The notes under the pieces: model-generated
What the model was told of the DNA's origin: nothing
The model's input: the letters and a program-made list of their open reading frames with translations, nothing else
Database searches by the model: none
In this document: positions 8,801 through 18,944 of the stretch, piece after piece
Numbering within the stretch: the stretch's first letter is position 1
How the letters are laid out: every line of letters begins with the position of its first letter
Program-made: the position numbers and the translations under genes
Origin: Leeuwenhoekiella sp.
Lineage (GTDB): Bacteria; Bacteroidota; Bacteroidia; Flavobacteriales; Flavobacteriaceae
NCBI GenBank assembly: GCA_049671285.1
Contig: JBATUQ010000052.1
Span: forward strand, 15,774-79,773
Length of the DNA: 64,000 nt
Direction: 5' to 3'

Positions 8801-8815
8801 TTGTTTCCTTTTATA
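8777..8815. terminator. Putative bidirectional intrinsic terminator between miaA (+) and the response regulator (-)
   Basis: GGAAACAAC-12 nt-GTTGTTTCC hairpin spanning the miaA stop. It is followed by TTTTATACC on the plus strand and preceded by AAAAAAGG, which gives a T-run on the minus strand. Confidence 0.45.
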
Positions 8816-8818
8816 CCA

Positions 8819-9529
8819 CTACTCTTCTTGCTTTACAACCAGACGGAATCCTTCTCCGTGGATGTTTAAAATTTCAACGCTATCGTCAATTTTTAGATAC
8901 TTCCTCAATTTGGCGATGTACACATCCATACTTCTTGATGTGAAGTAGTTGTCGTCCCTCCATATTTTGGTCAATGCCAGTTCGCGCGGCATGAGGTCGT
9001 TCTCGTGCAAGGCCAACAATCGTAAAAGCTCGTTTTCCTTTGGCGAAAGCTTAATGGGCTCGTCTTCCTTAAACGTTAAAAACCGAAGCTTACTGTTAAG
9101 GAAAAAATTCCCGATGTTAAACTCAAACTGCTTACTATCTGCGACAGAATCTGTGGCCTTACGCATCATGATGGCCTTGATTTTCATAAGGAGAACCTCA
9201 CTGTCAAAGGGCTTGTTCAGATAATCGTCTGCACCTACCTTGTATCCTTTGAGCACGTCTTCCTTCATGGCTTTGGCCGTAAGGAAAATTATAGGCACAT
9301 CTTCGTTTTTCTCGCGAATTTCCTTGGCCAAGGTGAAGCCATCCTTATAGGGCATCATCACGTCAAGGATGCAAAGGTCAAAATCGTCTTTTTTAAACTT
9401 TTCGAAGCCTTCCATACCGTTCTTGGCATGGGTGACGTCATAATCGTTCATTGACAGATAGTCCTTCAGCACGGTCCCGAAGTTGGGATCGTCCTCTACG
9501 AGTAAGATTTTTTTGTTTTCTGTTTCCAT
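8819..9529 (-). CDS. OmpR-family two-component response regulator
   Basis: Receiver domain (KILLVEDDPNFGTVL...DLCILDVMMPYKDGF...LTAK) plus a C-terminal winged-helix domain (LTPKENELLRLLA...). Confidence 0.9.
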   Translation of the reverse strand: METENKKILLVEDDPNFGTVLKDYLSMNDYDVTHAKNGMEGFEKFKKDDFDLCILDVMMPYKDGFTLAKEIREKNEDVPIIFLTAKAMKEDVLKGYKVGADDYLNKPFDSEVLLMKIKAIMMRKATDSVADSKQFEFNIGNFFLNSKLRFLTFKEDEPIKLSPKENELLRLLALHENDLMPRELALTKIWRDDNYFTSRSMDVYIAKLRKYLKIDDSVEILNIHGEGFRLVVKQEE

Positions 9530-9533
9530 GATT

Positions 9534-11132
9534 TTAAGAGATTAGTGGTAATTTAATTATAAATGTGCTGCCTTTCTGGCGTTCGCTTTGCACCCAGATA
9601 GATCCTGAATGATCCTCCACGATACGCCTGGCATAAGCCAGACCAAGACCGTGGCCTTTCACATTGTGGATATCACCGGTATGCTCGCGATAAAATTTTT
9701 GAAATATTTTTTTCTGAACCCCTTTTGTCATACCGTCACCTTGATCGCTGATCTTGATAAGTATGAAATTCTTGATGTTTTCTGTATAGATGTCAATTTT
9801 GGGCACGTCTGAAGAATACTTGATGGCATTGTCCAGGATATTAACGATAACATTGGTAAAGTGAAGGTCATTGGCCAGCACAGACGATTTTAGGGCACCA
9901 TAATGAGTTTTGACATATCCGCCACGATCTTCTATAATAAGACCTATGTGCGCAATGGCATCTTCCACGAGGTCGTGAACTTTTAAACGTTCTTTTTTGA
10001 TGTCCAGTTCGTTTTTCTCCAATTTCGAAATCCGGAGGATATTCTCTACTTGGGCATGCATCCTCTTATTTTCCTCCCGGATCATACCTAAATAACGATC
10101 TACGGTTTCCTGCTTGGCCCTGATTTTGGGATTTCGCACGGCGTCAAGAGCGAGGTTGATCGTTGCTATTGGTGTTTTAAACTCGTGGGTCATATTGTTG
10201 ATAAAATCTGTTTTGATCTCAGAGATCTGCCTTTGTTTGACCAGCTGTCTTAGGGCACTACCATAGGCTACTACAATTATCAGCGTAAAAAGAATGCTCA
10301 ACAGAGCCATCCCCACTACTGAGGAAAGCACAAAATTCTTTTCTCCGGGAAAATTGGCCAATAGTTTATAATTGTTGCCGCTATCCTTGTCAAAAAGGGA
10401 AACACTGTAATTATCTTCCGGGTCGCTCTGCTCAATGTCAAAGTTCTCGCTACGCACCTTGGTAGCCAAATTGTTGCTATAAACGGCGAAATCAAATTCA
10501 GTTTCCAGATCCTGTTCTGCGAGACCCATCGTTATCAATCTTTTGATTTCGGTAGCACTTACCCGATTCTGAATCAACTCCTTACTGGTTATCTCTGAAA
10601 TCAGATTTTCCATCAGGAACATTTCAGCATCGTTCAGGCTGGCAATTTTTGCATAACGGTCACGGGTGCCTGCCATTTTTCGATCCAGTTCATCCTTGCT
10701 TACTATCTCGGTCAACCTGCGCTGTAGGTATTTCTTAAACTTAATGCTATCTACCTCAAAATCAACAACCATCGAACTCAGTTTATAATCCTGAGAAACT
10801 ATATTGTTCCGGTAAGTAAAGGTGTCGCCCGCAGCCGAGTCCTGTTGGGAATATAAATATTCATCTATCGAGAAATCCTGTGGAACCCCAGTACTGTCAA
10901 TTATCTGCTGAACGTTGTAATACCATTTGTCCAGCTCATCCCTTTCTATGGTCTCAGCAACTTCATGAAGCACCTGTTTCACTTCAAAAGCGAAGTGCTC
11001 CTGCTTGCTTTCGATACTGTTTGCTATCCAGTATCCCTGAACAAAAATTATCCCGATCAGGGACAGGCTCATCAGTATAATAAGGAGCACAAATAAATTT
11101 TTACTCATGACCCAAATGTATGGGTTTAACAT
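9534..11132 (-). CDS. Sensor histidine kinase (HisKA + HATPase_c), two TM segments
   Basis: H-box MTHEFKTPIATINLALD. N, G1 and G2 boxes (NILDNAIKYS, DQGDGM, GHGLGLAY). N-terminal signal/TM and a second TM before the kinase core. Operon partner of the regulator 5 bp downstream. Confidence 0.9.
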   Translation of the reverse strand: MLNPYIWVMSKNLFVLLIILMSLSLIGIIFVQGYWIANSIESKQEHFAFEVKQVLHEVAETIERDELDKWYYNVQQIIDSTGVPQDFSIDEYLYSQQDSAAGDTFTYRNNIVSQDYKLSSMVVDFEVDSIKFKKYLQRRLTEIVSKDELDRKMAGTRDRYAKIASLNDAEMFLMENLISEITSKELIQNRVSATEIKRLITMGLAEQDLETEFDFAVYSNNLATKVRSENFDIEQSDPEDNYSVSLFDKDSGNNYKLLANFPGEKNFVLSSVVGMALLSILFTLIIVVAYGSALRQLVKQRQISEIKTDFINNMTHEFKTPIATINLALDAVRNPKIRAKQETVDRYLGMIREENKRMHAQVENILRISKLEKNELDIKKERLKVHDLVEDAIAHIGLIIEDRGGYVKTHYGALKSSVLANDLHFTNVIVNILDNAIKYSSDVPKIDIYTENIKNFILIKISDQGDGMTKGVQKKIFQKFYREHTGDIHNVKGHGLGLAYARRIVEDHSGSIWVQSERQKGSTFIIKLPLIS

Positions 11133-11173
11133 TTAGAAGATAATCTGTTTAACCAAATGTTAACAACAGAAAG

Positions 11174-11764
11174 CTACCTGTTTACAAGGGTTCGCAGCGC
11201 ATTAACGTGAATTTTCCTAACTTTTTTGATGGTATTTTGAAGATTCTGGTTTTGGAGCACAAAAGTGGCAAGTTCCTTTTTCCGCGCATCAGGCCATTGC
11301 TTATTGATGCGTTTCAGTACTTCCTCGGCTGTGGTGCCGTCCCTCTGGATCACGCGCCTAATTCTCTCCCTTTCTGGAGCAGTCACTAAAATAGTTAGAT
11401 CACACTCACGGTCTCCACCTGTTTCAAAGAGAATGGCGGATTCTTTGATTACGTAGGGCGCGTGCTGCTTATTCGCCCAATGGCGAAAATCAGATTTCAC
11501 TGCAGGATGCACAATGGCGTTAAGTTTTGTCAGTAAATCAGGATCATCAAAAACTTGGGTGGATACATAGTTACGGTTCAATTTATTTTCTTGGTAAGCT
11601 GCCTCACCCAGTAGTTTAATAATCTGGGTTTTTAATTGAGGAGTATGCATCAACCGCTTGGCTTCGGTATCTGCAATATATACAGGGATGCCCAAAGTTT
11701 CAAAAATCTTGGCAACCGTACTCTTGCCACTTCCTATGCCCCCCGTGAGACCAACAATCTTCAT
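11174..11764 (-). CDS. coaE: Dephospho-CoA kinase
   Basis: MKIVGLTGGIGSGKSTVAKIFE P-loop and CoaE length (196 aa). 4-bp overlap with the upstream gene. Confidence 0.9.
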   Translation of the reverse strand: MKIVGLTGGIGSGKSTVAKIFETLGIPVYIADTEAKRLMHTPQLKTQIIKLLGEAAYQENKLNRNYVSTQVFDDPDLLTKLNAIVHPAVKSDFRHWANKQHAPYVIKESAILFETGGDRECDLTILVTAPERERIRRVIQRDGTTAEEVLKRINKQWPDARKKELATFVLQNQNLQNTIKKVRKIHVNALRTLVNR

Positions 11765-12708
11765 TTGATCAGCAAAAATTGAACGGTCTTTTCGCGCAAG
11801 CGTAAATCCCTTACATATTGTGGTGCGGTGACGATCTGTGGGCTGATGGTAGTGCTTTTGCTATCAACTTCGTCAAAATCGCAGACGATCTTAAAGTCAC
11901 TGGGTTTGACCTTTTCATAATTCTCAAAATTGACATTGTAGATCACAACGATGCTTTTGGGGAACACCTTTGCCGTCAGCCCGCTGGGGACATTGACCAA
12001 TTGTAGTGGCACCGAGGTACTGCCTTCTGTAAAACGATCTACAGGCACGCGGTACTTGATGAGCGCTGGGGTGGCACTCACAAATTTACCTTTCTCCCCC
12101 AGCTCGAGGGCAATACTATCAACGATCCCTTCCTTTAAATTTTGGTGGGTTATGGTTTGCGTATAGACCGTATCCAGGGCGTTAATGGTGTGCTCGGGAC
12201 CACTTAACTTTACTTGTGCCACCTCTAGGGTCACCCCTTCTAAACTACCGTACCCGGTGGTATAAGAAATTTCTGATTTTGCCAAAACGGGTACAACACG
12301 TTCAATATTCTGTTCGATCTGAAAATAAATGGTATCTGGCATAAAGGACCGGATTTGCATCCCGTTCATTTTGGTGGCAATTTGCTCCTGATAATCCTGA
12401 AAGGCATAAAAATAGATGGTGCTATCCCTTTGTTGAAGTTTTGAAAGATCAATTTCCAGATTCTCCTTGGCAAGTTTAAGCTTGAGAAAATCATAGCCCA
12501 TATCTGTTCCCGTGAGTTTTACACTTGCTGCGGAAACACTATCGAGCACTTGGTTCTTTGGGATATTGATAAATGTTAGCGGCACATTGAGGGAATAACG
12601 AAAATTTTTACTGAGTTTGACCAGCACGGAAAAAATCGACACCGAAAGTAAAATCAGCAAAAACACCCGAAAATTAAAATTGTTGTACCCCTTTGTATTA
12701 TTGGCCAT
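11761..12708 (-). CDS. YbbR-like domain protein (CdaR-type), single N-terminal TM
   Basis: N-terminal TM helix followed by a repetitive beta-rich periplasmic region. The position immediately upstream of coaE is the conserved Flavobacteriia arrangement. The family assignment rests on pattern and context. Confidence 0.5.
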   Translation of the reverse strand: MANNTKGYNNFNFRVFLLILLSVSIFSVLVKLSKNFRYSLNVPLTFINIPKNQVLDSVSAASVKLTGTDMGYDFLKLKLAKENLEIDLSKLQQRDSTIYFYAFQDYQEQIATKMNGMQIRSFMPDTIYFQIEQNIERVVPVLAKSEISYTTGYGSLEGVTLEVAQVKLSGPEHTINALDTVYTQTITHQNLKEGIVDSIALELGEKGKFVSATPALIKYRVPVDRFTEGSTSVPLQLVNVPSGLTAKVFPKSIVVIYNVNFENYEKVKPSDFKIVCDFDEVDSKSTTISPQIVTAPQYVRDLRLREKTVQFLLIK

Positions 12709-12734
12709 ATGCTTCCGCTTTATCGCTTCTAAAA

Positions 12735-13736
12735 TTAGTCAAAAAATAACTTCGGAAACACCTTGCGCTCCTCCCGGCCCAAAATCTTTATCTTCAATAT
12801 GCTTTCGAAAAAACCAACTCCGTAACCAAAAAACTGCACCAAAAGGGCCAAGATACTTAACAGGCCTACCGCTACGCTCTCGCAGATAATGGAAGCAAAG
12901 AGAGCAACCGATACTATATAAAAGACCAGTGCAGCGATTGGCGTAAAGATCCCAAAACATGCCATGATTATAGCGCACAGCACAAACCCTGTAAAAAGTG
13001 TAGGGAACCAATAGGTCAATTTGGCCGTACCCGGATGCCATTTATTAAGAATGGGCCGAACCTTGCCAAATTTATTGACCTGTTTGTAAAAACCTTTCCA
13101 GGTGATACGCCGCTTGTGGTAAACAAATGCTTCCTCGATCAAGGTTGAGGAAAAACCCCGTTCCCAAAGCCGAAAGGTCAAATCTGGATCTTCACCGGGA
13201 TGGATGTTGCCAAAACCACCGGAAGCCTCAAAGGCCGACTTTGAAATCCCCATATTAAAACTGCGCGGCTGAAACTTTTTTGAATCGGCACCTTTTCCGC
13301 GCAAACCTCCCGTTGTGAGTACTGAGGTCATGGCAAAACTTACTGCTTTTTGCCGATTGTCAAAATCTGGATGGGCAGCATCAGGACCTCCATAGAAGTC
13401 AAAATAATCCTCCTTTAGATGATCATTTACGATGTTTAAATACTCTGGCGGTAAGATACAGTCGCTGTCCAAAATGATAAAGTACATGCCCTTGGCGCGC
13501 TGCATACCATAGTTACGGGATGGTCCCGGGCCGGTATTCTGTTTTTTGAGGTAGGTGAGGGCAAGGTCGCTAAAATCCTTAAGTACGGTTTCTGCTGTTA
13601 CGTCTGACCCATCCTCAACGATCACGATCTCATATTCTCCATCATACGTCTGCTGCCGGAAGCTCTGCAGCAGTTCAGCAACTTCCTGCGGGCGGTTGTA
13701 CACTGGGATGATGAATGAGAAGTACAGGTCTTCCAA
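12735..13736 (-). CDS. Family 2 glycosyltransferase with C-terminal membrane anchor
   Basis: FSFIIPVYNRPQEVAELLQSF...EIVIVEDGSD...ILDSDC gives the GT2 DxD and Q/RxxRW-type architecture. Hydrophobic C-terminal third. Confidence 0.8.
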   Translation of the reverse strand: MEDLYFSFIIPVYNRPQEVAELLQSFRQQTYDGEYEIVIVEDGSDVTAETVLKDFSDLALTYLKKQNTGPGPSRNYGMQRAKGMYFIILDSDCILPPEYLNIVNDHLKEDYFDFYGGPDAAHPDFDNRQKAVSFAMTSVLTTGGLRGKGADSKKFQPRSFNMGISKSAFEASGGFGNIHPGEDPDLTFRLWERGFSSTLIEEAFVYHKRRITWKGFYKQVNKFGKVRPILNKWHPGTAKLTYWFPTLFTGFVLCAIIMACFGIFTPIAALVFYIVSVALFASIICESVAVGLLSILALLVQFFGYGVGFFESILKIKILGREERKVFPKLFFD

Positions 13737-13825
13737 AGCTTTCAGTATTGAAAAAAATCTTGAATCTATAAATTCTAAACAAAAATGTCCTGGAAAACCA
13801 GGACATTCAGCATCGTATTTTCTAA

Positions 13826-14647
13826 CTATTCTTCAGCATCCACAAAGGCTTCCATCACCGCATCACTGACGCCCATATTGCTGAATCCGCCATCATGAAA
13901 GAGGTTCTGCAAGGTGACTTTTTTCGTCAGGTCAGAAAATAAGGTTACCGTGTAATTGGCACAGTCCAAAGCAGAAGCATTCCCCAACGGACTCATTTTT
14001 TCAGCGTAAGCGATAAAGCCGTCAAAGCCTTTTACGCCTTGTCCTGCCGTCGTGGGCGTGGGTGATTGTGAGATGGTGTTGACCCGAACTTTTTTATCGC
14101 GGCCAAAGAAATACCCAAACGAGCGCGCAATACTTTCCAGATACGCTTTGTTGTCGGCCATATCGTTGTAATCCGGGAACACGCGCTGCGCTGCCATATA
14201 GGTCAGGGCAACAATACTTCCCCATTCGGTCATCGCATCTTTTTGATACAGCACCTGCATGGTTTTATGAAAGGACATCGCGCTGACATCTGTTCCTTTT
14301 TGGGTCCAGTCGTATTTTTGATCGGTGTAGTGGCGGCCTTTTCTCACGTTTATTGACATCCCGATACTGTGGAGCACAAAATCGACTTTTCCACCCAGTT
14401 TCTCGACGGCGCCATCCACAAGCTTTTCCAGATCCTCAACAGAGGTTGCGTCTGCAGGTATGATCTCAGAACCTGTTTTTTCTGCAAGCTCACTGATCTT
14501 GCCCATGCGCATCGCAATGGGTGCATTGGTCAGGACAAAGGTTCCTCCTTCCTCATGTACGCGTTCTGCGGTTTTCCAGGCGATGGAATTTTCATCAAGC
14601 GCCCCAAATATGATTCCCCGTTTTCCCTTTAGTAAATTATATGACAT
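13826..14647 (-). CDS. fabI: Enoyl-[acyl-carrier-protein] reductase (NADH)
   Basis: LKGKRGIIFGALDENSIAW NAD-binding motif and the SDR catalytic Y-x6-K region. 273 aa. Confidence 0.9.
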   Translation of the reverse strand: MSYNLLKGKRGIIFGALDENSIAWKTAERVHEEGGTFVLTNAPIAMRMGKISELAEKTGSEIIPADATSVEDLEKLVDGAVEKLGGKVDFVLHSIGMSINVRKGRHYTDQKYDWTQKGTDVSAMSFHKTMQVLYQKDAMTEWGSIVALTYMAAQRVFPDYNDMADNKAYLESIARSFGYFFGRDKKVRVNTISQSPTPTTAGQGVKGFDGFIAYAEKMSPLGNASALDCANYTVTLFSDLTKKVTLQNLFHDGGFSNMGVSDAVMEAFVDAEE

Positions 14648-14683
14648 TATAAAGCTATTGATTTGATTGGTTAAATATACAGT

Positions 14684-16339
14684 TTATTCCGCCAGCAACT
14701 CCCGGGCCTGCTCCCGTGAAGTACTGGTAATCGTTTTACCACCCAGCATTTCGGCAAGCTCGAGAATGCGTTGTTCCTGATCCAGCTGACTGATCTGTGT
14801 GATCGTTTTATCCTTTTGATCATTTTTGTAAACCTTGAGATGCGTGCTTCCCTGACCAGCAATCTGCGGTAGGTGCGTGATGCTTACGAGTTGCATATGC
14901 TTACCCATTTCTTTCATTATCGTTCCCATTTTTAGGGCAACCTCACCACTAACACCGGTGTCAATTTCATCAAAAATTAAAGTAGGGAGTTGTGCATAAC
15001 CGCTCAAAATTGCTTTTATCGCCAGCATAATTCTCGACAGTTCTCCACCAGACGCTGCTTTGGCCATTTCCTGAGCCCGCATTCCCTTATTGGCCGAAAA
15101 TAAGAATTGCAAATTGTCCTTTCCATTATCCCGCAATTCTTTGGCCGTTTCCAATTTTAAGTCAAAACGGGCATTGGGCATACCCACTTTACTGAGAATA
15201 TCTTCTAGTTTTTCCGCGAGTGGTTGCAGGGCTTTTTTACGCTTTCGCGAAATGTCTTCCGCCAACTTTTCCAGCGATTCCTTTGCTGCGGAAGCTTCTC
15301 GTTTGAGCTTTTCTATCGTGCTGTCAAGATCATTTAGGTCCTGGACTTCGGCATCGAGGGCGTCACGTATTTCAATCAGTTCTTCAACAGTCCCGGCATT
15401 GTGCTTCTTCTGAAGGTCAAAAAGCAACTTCAGCCGTGTTTCTGCTTTTAATAGGGTTTCCGGATCACTTTCTGTGTTTTCCAGGATTTCTTCAAGGGTT
15501 TCCGCAATATCGGCAAGCTCTATGCTAACGCTGGCAACGCGGTTATCCATATCTTCCAAGGCTTTGCTGAAACCCGAGATTTTGCCCAGCCCCTGTTTAA
15601 CCGCAATTAAATTTGGGCTGATCCCCACATCTTCCTGAACGATCAGGTTTAGCGCTTCAGCAAGGGTTTCGGTAATCTGGCCCACGTTGCTCAACGTGTC
15701 GTATGTCGCTTCAAGCTCTTCCTGTTCGCCAGGTTTCAACTTGGCCTCTAGCAGTTCGCTCAACAAATGGTTGTTATATGCTTCTTCCGTAAGCGCTTCG
15801 GCTTTTTTAGCTTCCAGTTGCTTGATATTCCGTAGTAGTTTTTGGTACGCTGAAAATTTTTCGCCGTAGGCCAAAACAACAGCATGGGTACCAGCAAATG
15901 CATCAACCACCTGAAACTGAAAGGAATTATCGACCACCTCCAGCGTCTGGTGCTGACTGTGTATATCGATCAATTTTTCGCCCAAAGCAGAAAGCGCGTT
16001 TAGGGTTGCCGGTGTATCGTTTATAAAAGCGCGACTTTTTCCGGAAGGTAAAATCTCACGCCTGATGATCGTCTGCACATCATAATCCAGATCCTGCTCC
16101 TCAAATAGCGGTTGCAGTTGCAATTTATTCAAGTCAAAATAGGCTTCGATGACACATTTTAACTCGGGGTCGCCAACGCTGGAAAGATCTGCCCGTTTTC
16201 CAAGAATAAGGCCAAGGGCACCCAATAAAATGGATTTACCGGCACCGGTCTCCCCGGTAATGACCGTGAAGCCCGTTGTGAAGTCCAGACGGACCTCCTC
16301 AATCAGGGCGTAATTATTAATATGAAGTTGGGTGAGCAC
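14684..16339 (-). CDS. recN: DNA repair protein RecN
   Basis: LTQLHINNYALIEEVRLDFTTGFTVITGETGAGKSILLGALGLILG is the Walker A head. Long coiled coil. C-terminal signature/Walker B (GGELSRIMLAIK...LIFDEIDTGVSG). The start is taken as the in-frame GTG at 16339 (VLTQLHINNY), because the upstream extension overlaps the next gene. Confidence 0.9.
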   Translation of the reverse strand: MLTQLHINNYALIEEVRLDFTTGFTVITGETGAGKSILLGALGLILGKRADLSSVGDPELKCVIEAYFDLNKLQLQPLFEEQDLDYDVQTIIRREILPSGKSRAFINDTPATLNALSALGEKLIDIHSQHQTLEVVDNSFQFQVVDAFAGTHAVVLAYGEKFSAYQKLLRNIKQLEAKKAEALTEEAYNNHLLSELLEAKLKPGEQEELEATYDTLSNVGQITETLAEALNLIVQEDVGISPNLIAVKQGLGKISGFSKALEDMDNRVASVSIELADIAETLEEILENTESDPETLLKAETRLKLLFDLQKKHNAGTVEELIEIRDALDAEVQDLNDLDSTIEKLKREASAAKESLEKLAEDISRKRKKALQPLAEKLEDILSKVGMPNARFDLKLETAKELRDNGKDNLQFLFSANKGMRAQEMAKAASGGELSRIMLAIKAILSGYAQLPTLIFDEIDTGVSGEVALKMGTIMKEMGKHMQLVSITHLPQIAGQGSTHLKVYKNDQKDKTITQISQLDQEQRILELAEMLGGKTITSTSREQARELLAE

Positions 16340-16415
16340 GGCCGTGGATTTTCTTTTCTTAGATTGCCAAAGATAGGAGTGATTACGGTAACTATCAAAG
16401 AAATCCGCCGCTGCC

Positions 16416-17303
16416 TTAAAATTTGATATCCTGCCAAAATTGTGACTTGGTAGGTGCCACACGGGTCAGCGTATTCATCACGCTCTTAATATCGGTTAGT
16501 GGGCCAGCACTGAAGATTTTGACAACTTCCTCTGCCTTTGCATCAAAGAAAACCCGGGTCAGGTAATTGTTGGGGCGGCGATTGTACATCTCGTCAAAAA
16601 GTCCCAGGGAAACGGCGATGCCGGCCTTGGCCTCGTCCGGGTTTTCTACCATATAGTCGAGCCCGTTGCGGTGGTACGCATACATAATATCGTGGAACAA
16701 TAGAAAATTTGGTGATATCAAATCGTTGTTCAAGGAAAACCGGTTTTGTGTTCCCCCTTGCGACTGCCAGGCTGACGAGCCACCCGATTGGGCGGTACTC
16801 ACAATTCTTTTGGCTTCCTCAAAATAGGGTTTTCCGCCATTTGGCGAAAAAGTGTCCGCATCAAAACCAATGATGGTGTAGGCATAAAAGGCCAAGGTGG
16901 AAATAAGGTTGGAATCAAAAGAATTGGGGTTGTAGTTCAACGGCTGAAACTCGGTGTACCGAAAATTAAAATCCCGGTCGTTATAGTTAAATACCGTGGT
17001 GTTGTAGGTACCGTTATACACCGGCCGTGATGATTGCACCTGAATACTGGCGGTAAAGGCATCACTGTCAATGGCCGAAACAATAATCACCAAATTGCAG
17101 TTTATGCGCTCCTGCTGTTTGTAATCAACATCCGTCCAGACCGTGTTGTTCATAAATTCCTCGATCTGGGTCCGCAGGGTTTTAAATACTTGCAGGTTGG
17201 ACTGCCCCGTTTGTTCTGCGTTGATAGAAACCGAACAGTTGAGTTCTTGTGCCTTGCCCAATACAGCAGTAAGAAACAGGAAAAGAAACGTGATTTTACG
17301 CAT
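16416..17303 (-). CDS. DUF4835-family secreted protein
   Basis: Signal peptide MRKITFLFLFLTAVLGKAQ at the internal ATG. The position between coaBC and recN matches the conserved Bacteroidota placement of DUF4835. Family call from context and composition only. Confidence 0.55.
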   Translation of the reverse strand: MRKITFLFLFLTAVLGKAQELNCSVSINAEQTGQSNLQVFKTLRTQIEEFMNNTVWTDVDYKQQERINCNLVIIVSAIDSDAFTASIQVQSSRPVYNGTYNTTVFNYNDRDFNFRYTEFQPLNYNPNSFDSNLISTLAFYAYTIIGFDADTFSPNGGKPYFEEAKRIVSTAQSGGSSAWQSQGGTQNRFSLNNDLISPNFLLFHDIMYAYHRNGLDYMVENPDEAKAGIAVSLGLFDEMYNRRPNNYLTRVFFDAKAEEVVKIFSAGPLTDIKSVMNTLTRVAPTKSQFWQDIKF

Positions 17304-18504
17304 TGAGATCAAGTTGTATTTTGTTCCAGATGTCTGTGGCAACATCAGTCTTATCTTTAAGTGGAAACGTTTCCATTTTATCATTCTTATCTATCAAGGT
17401 TACCTTATTGGTGTTTTTTTGAAATCCTGCACCGGCATCATTGAGCGAATTGAGAACAATAAGGTCTAGCTTTTTCCGGTGTAGTTTTCCTTTGGCATTT
17501 TCCACTTCATTCTCCGTTTCCAGAGCAAAACCCACAAGATATTGATTTTCTTTGGAAGCACCCAAGGTCGCTAAGATGTCGACTGTGGGTTCTAGCGCAA
17601 TGCTCATTTTGGTATCTTTCTTCTTAATTTTTTGATCAGTCACCTGAGCAGGACGGTAATCTGCAACAGCAGCGGCGGCAATGGCAATATCCACTTGTGG
17701 AAATAACTTTGTGGCTTGCTCAAACATTTCTGCTGCGGTAGTCACTTTGCTAAGCTGAATACCTTCGTGTTCCACGGACAAAGCTGTGGGGCCGGAAATT
17801 AAATAAACGGTGGCACCGAGTGCGGCTGCCATTTCGGCAAGGGCGTAACCCATTTTGCCACTGCTGTGATTGCCAATAAACCGAACTGGATCTATAGGTT
17901 CATACGTAGGCCCGGCAGTGATCAGCACTTTTTTATTCAGGAGTGGCAGTTCTTTTTTTAGATCTTCTGAAATAAAATGTAGGATTTCTTCGGGCTCTGC
18001 CATTCTCCCCTCCCCGCTCAGGCCGCTTGCGAGTTCGCCGCTTCCCACAGGAATTAATTTGTTTCCGAAGGATTGTAATTTAGAAATTGAATCTTTGGTA
18101 CTTCCGTGTTTGTACATATCCAAGTCCATCGCTGGAGCAAAATACACAGGGCATTTGGCCGAAAGATAGGTGGTCAACAACAGATTGTCTACCCTGCCGG
18201 AAGCCATTTTGGAAAGCGTGTTTGCGGTGGCCGGAGCGATTACCATAAAATCAGCCCATAGGCCAAGCTTAACGTGATTGTTCCAGGTGGACGGGTCGTC
18301 CTCTTTGGTGAATTCGGTCAGCACGGTTTTTTTTGATAGTGTCCCCAAGGTGAGCGGTGTAACAAAATCTTTAGCGCCCGGCGTCATTACCACTTGAACT
18401 TTGGCGCCAGCCTTCATGAATAAGCGCACCAGCCAAGCCGACTTATATGCAGCAATGCCACCGGTAATGCCTAGAAGTACTTTTTTTCCTTTGAAAATTG
18501 ACAA
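17296..18504 (-). CDS. coaBC: Bifunctional phosphopantothenoylcysteine decarboxylase / phosphopantothenate-cysteine ligase
   Basis: The N-terminal flavoprotein motif KVLLGITGGIAAYKSAWLVRLF and the C-terminal CoaB domain (ITAGPTYEPIDPVRFIGNHSSGKMG) are present. TTG start. Confidence 0.9.
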   Translation of the reverse strand: MSIFKGKKVLLGITGGIAAYKSAWLVRLFMKAGAKVQVVMTPGAKDFVTPLTLGTLSKKTVLTEFTKEDDPSTWNNHVKLGLWADFMVIAPATANTLSKMASGRVDNLLLTTYLSAKCPVYFAPAMDLDMYKHGSTKDSISKLQSFGNKLIPVGSGELASGLSGEGRMAEPEEILHFISEDLKKELPLLNKKVLITAGPTYEPIDPVRFIGNHSSGKMGYALAEMAAALGATVYLISGPTALSVEHEGIQLSKVTTAAEMFEQATKLFPQVDIAIAAAAVADYRPAQVTDQKIKKKDTKMSIALEPTVDILATLGASKENQYLVGFALETENEVENAKGKLHRKKLDLIVLNSLNDAGAGFQKNTNKVTLIDKNDKMETFPLKDKTDVATDIWNKIQLDLNA

Positions 18505-18597
18505 ATTCTTTCAATTTTATGATCCCTCAAAAACAAAAAAACGGACCAATTCCAAAATAAGAAAAGGCACCGTAGATTATTGCAAATAAAGAGAATT

Positions 18598-18927
18598 CTA
18601 CTCCTCGTCCTTCTTACTCGTATCGCGATAATAAATCTTATCTTCCAACCACTCCTGCACTGCCATTGCGTGAGGCTTTGGCAACCGCTCATAAAATTTG
18701 GAAACTTCAATCTGCTCCTTGTTTTCGAAAATTTCCTCTAAGCTGTCGCTATAAGTTGCAAATTCGTCCAACTTCTCCAGCAATTCTCTTTTAATTTCTG
18801 TGTTGATCTGGTCAGCACGTTTTGAAATTATGGAAATTGCCTCGTAAATATTCTGTGTGGGTTGATCTATCTCTTCCCTGTTCAGGGTTACCGTGTTTAC
18901 CGGTGCATCAAAATTTTTAACGTCCAT
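18598..18927 (-). CDS. rpoZ: RNA polymerase omega-subunit-like protein (Rpb6/RpoZ family)
   Basis: NIYEAISIISKRADQIN resembles the omega core (xRYELVxxAAKRARQL). Acidic C-terminus. bamD-rpoZ-coaBC is a conserved Bacteroidota order. Confidence 0.5.
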   Translation of the reverse strand: MDVKNFDAPVNTVTLNREEIDQPTQNIYEAISIISKRADQINTEIKRELLEKLDEFATYSDSLEEIFENKEQIEVSKFYERLPKPHAMAVQEWLEDKIYYRDTSKKDEE

Positions 18928-18944
18928 TATTCTCCCTTTTTAAA

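Noticed and set aside
16416-16462. recN start at ATG 16462 (592 aa)
   Set aside because: That extension overlaps the DUF4835 gene by 47 bp and adds a non-conserved 41-aa leader. The in-frame GTG at 16339 yields the canonical RecN N-terminus (VLTQLHINNYALIEE).
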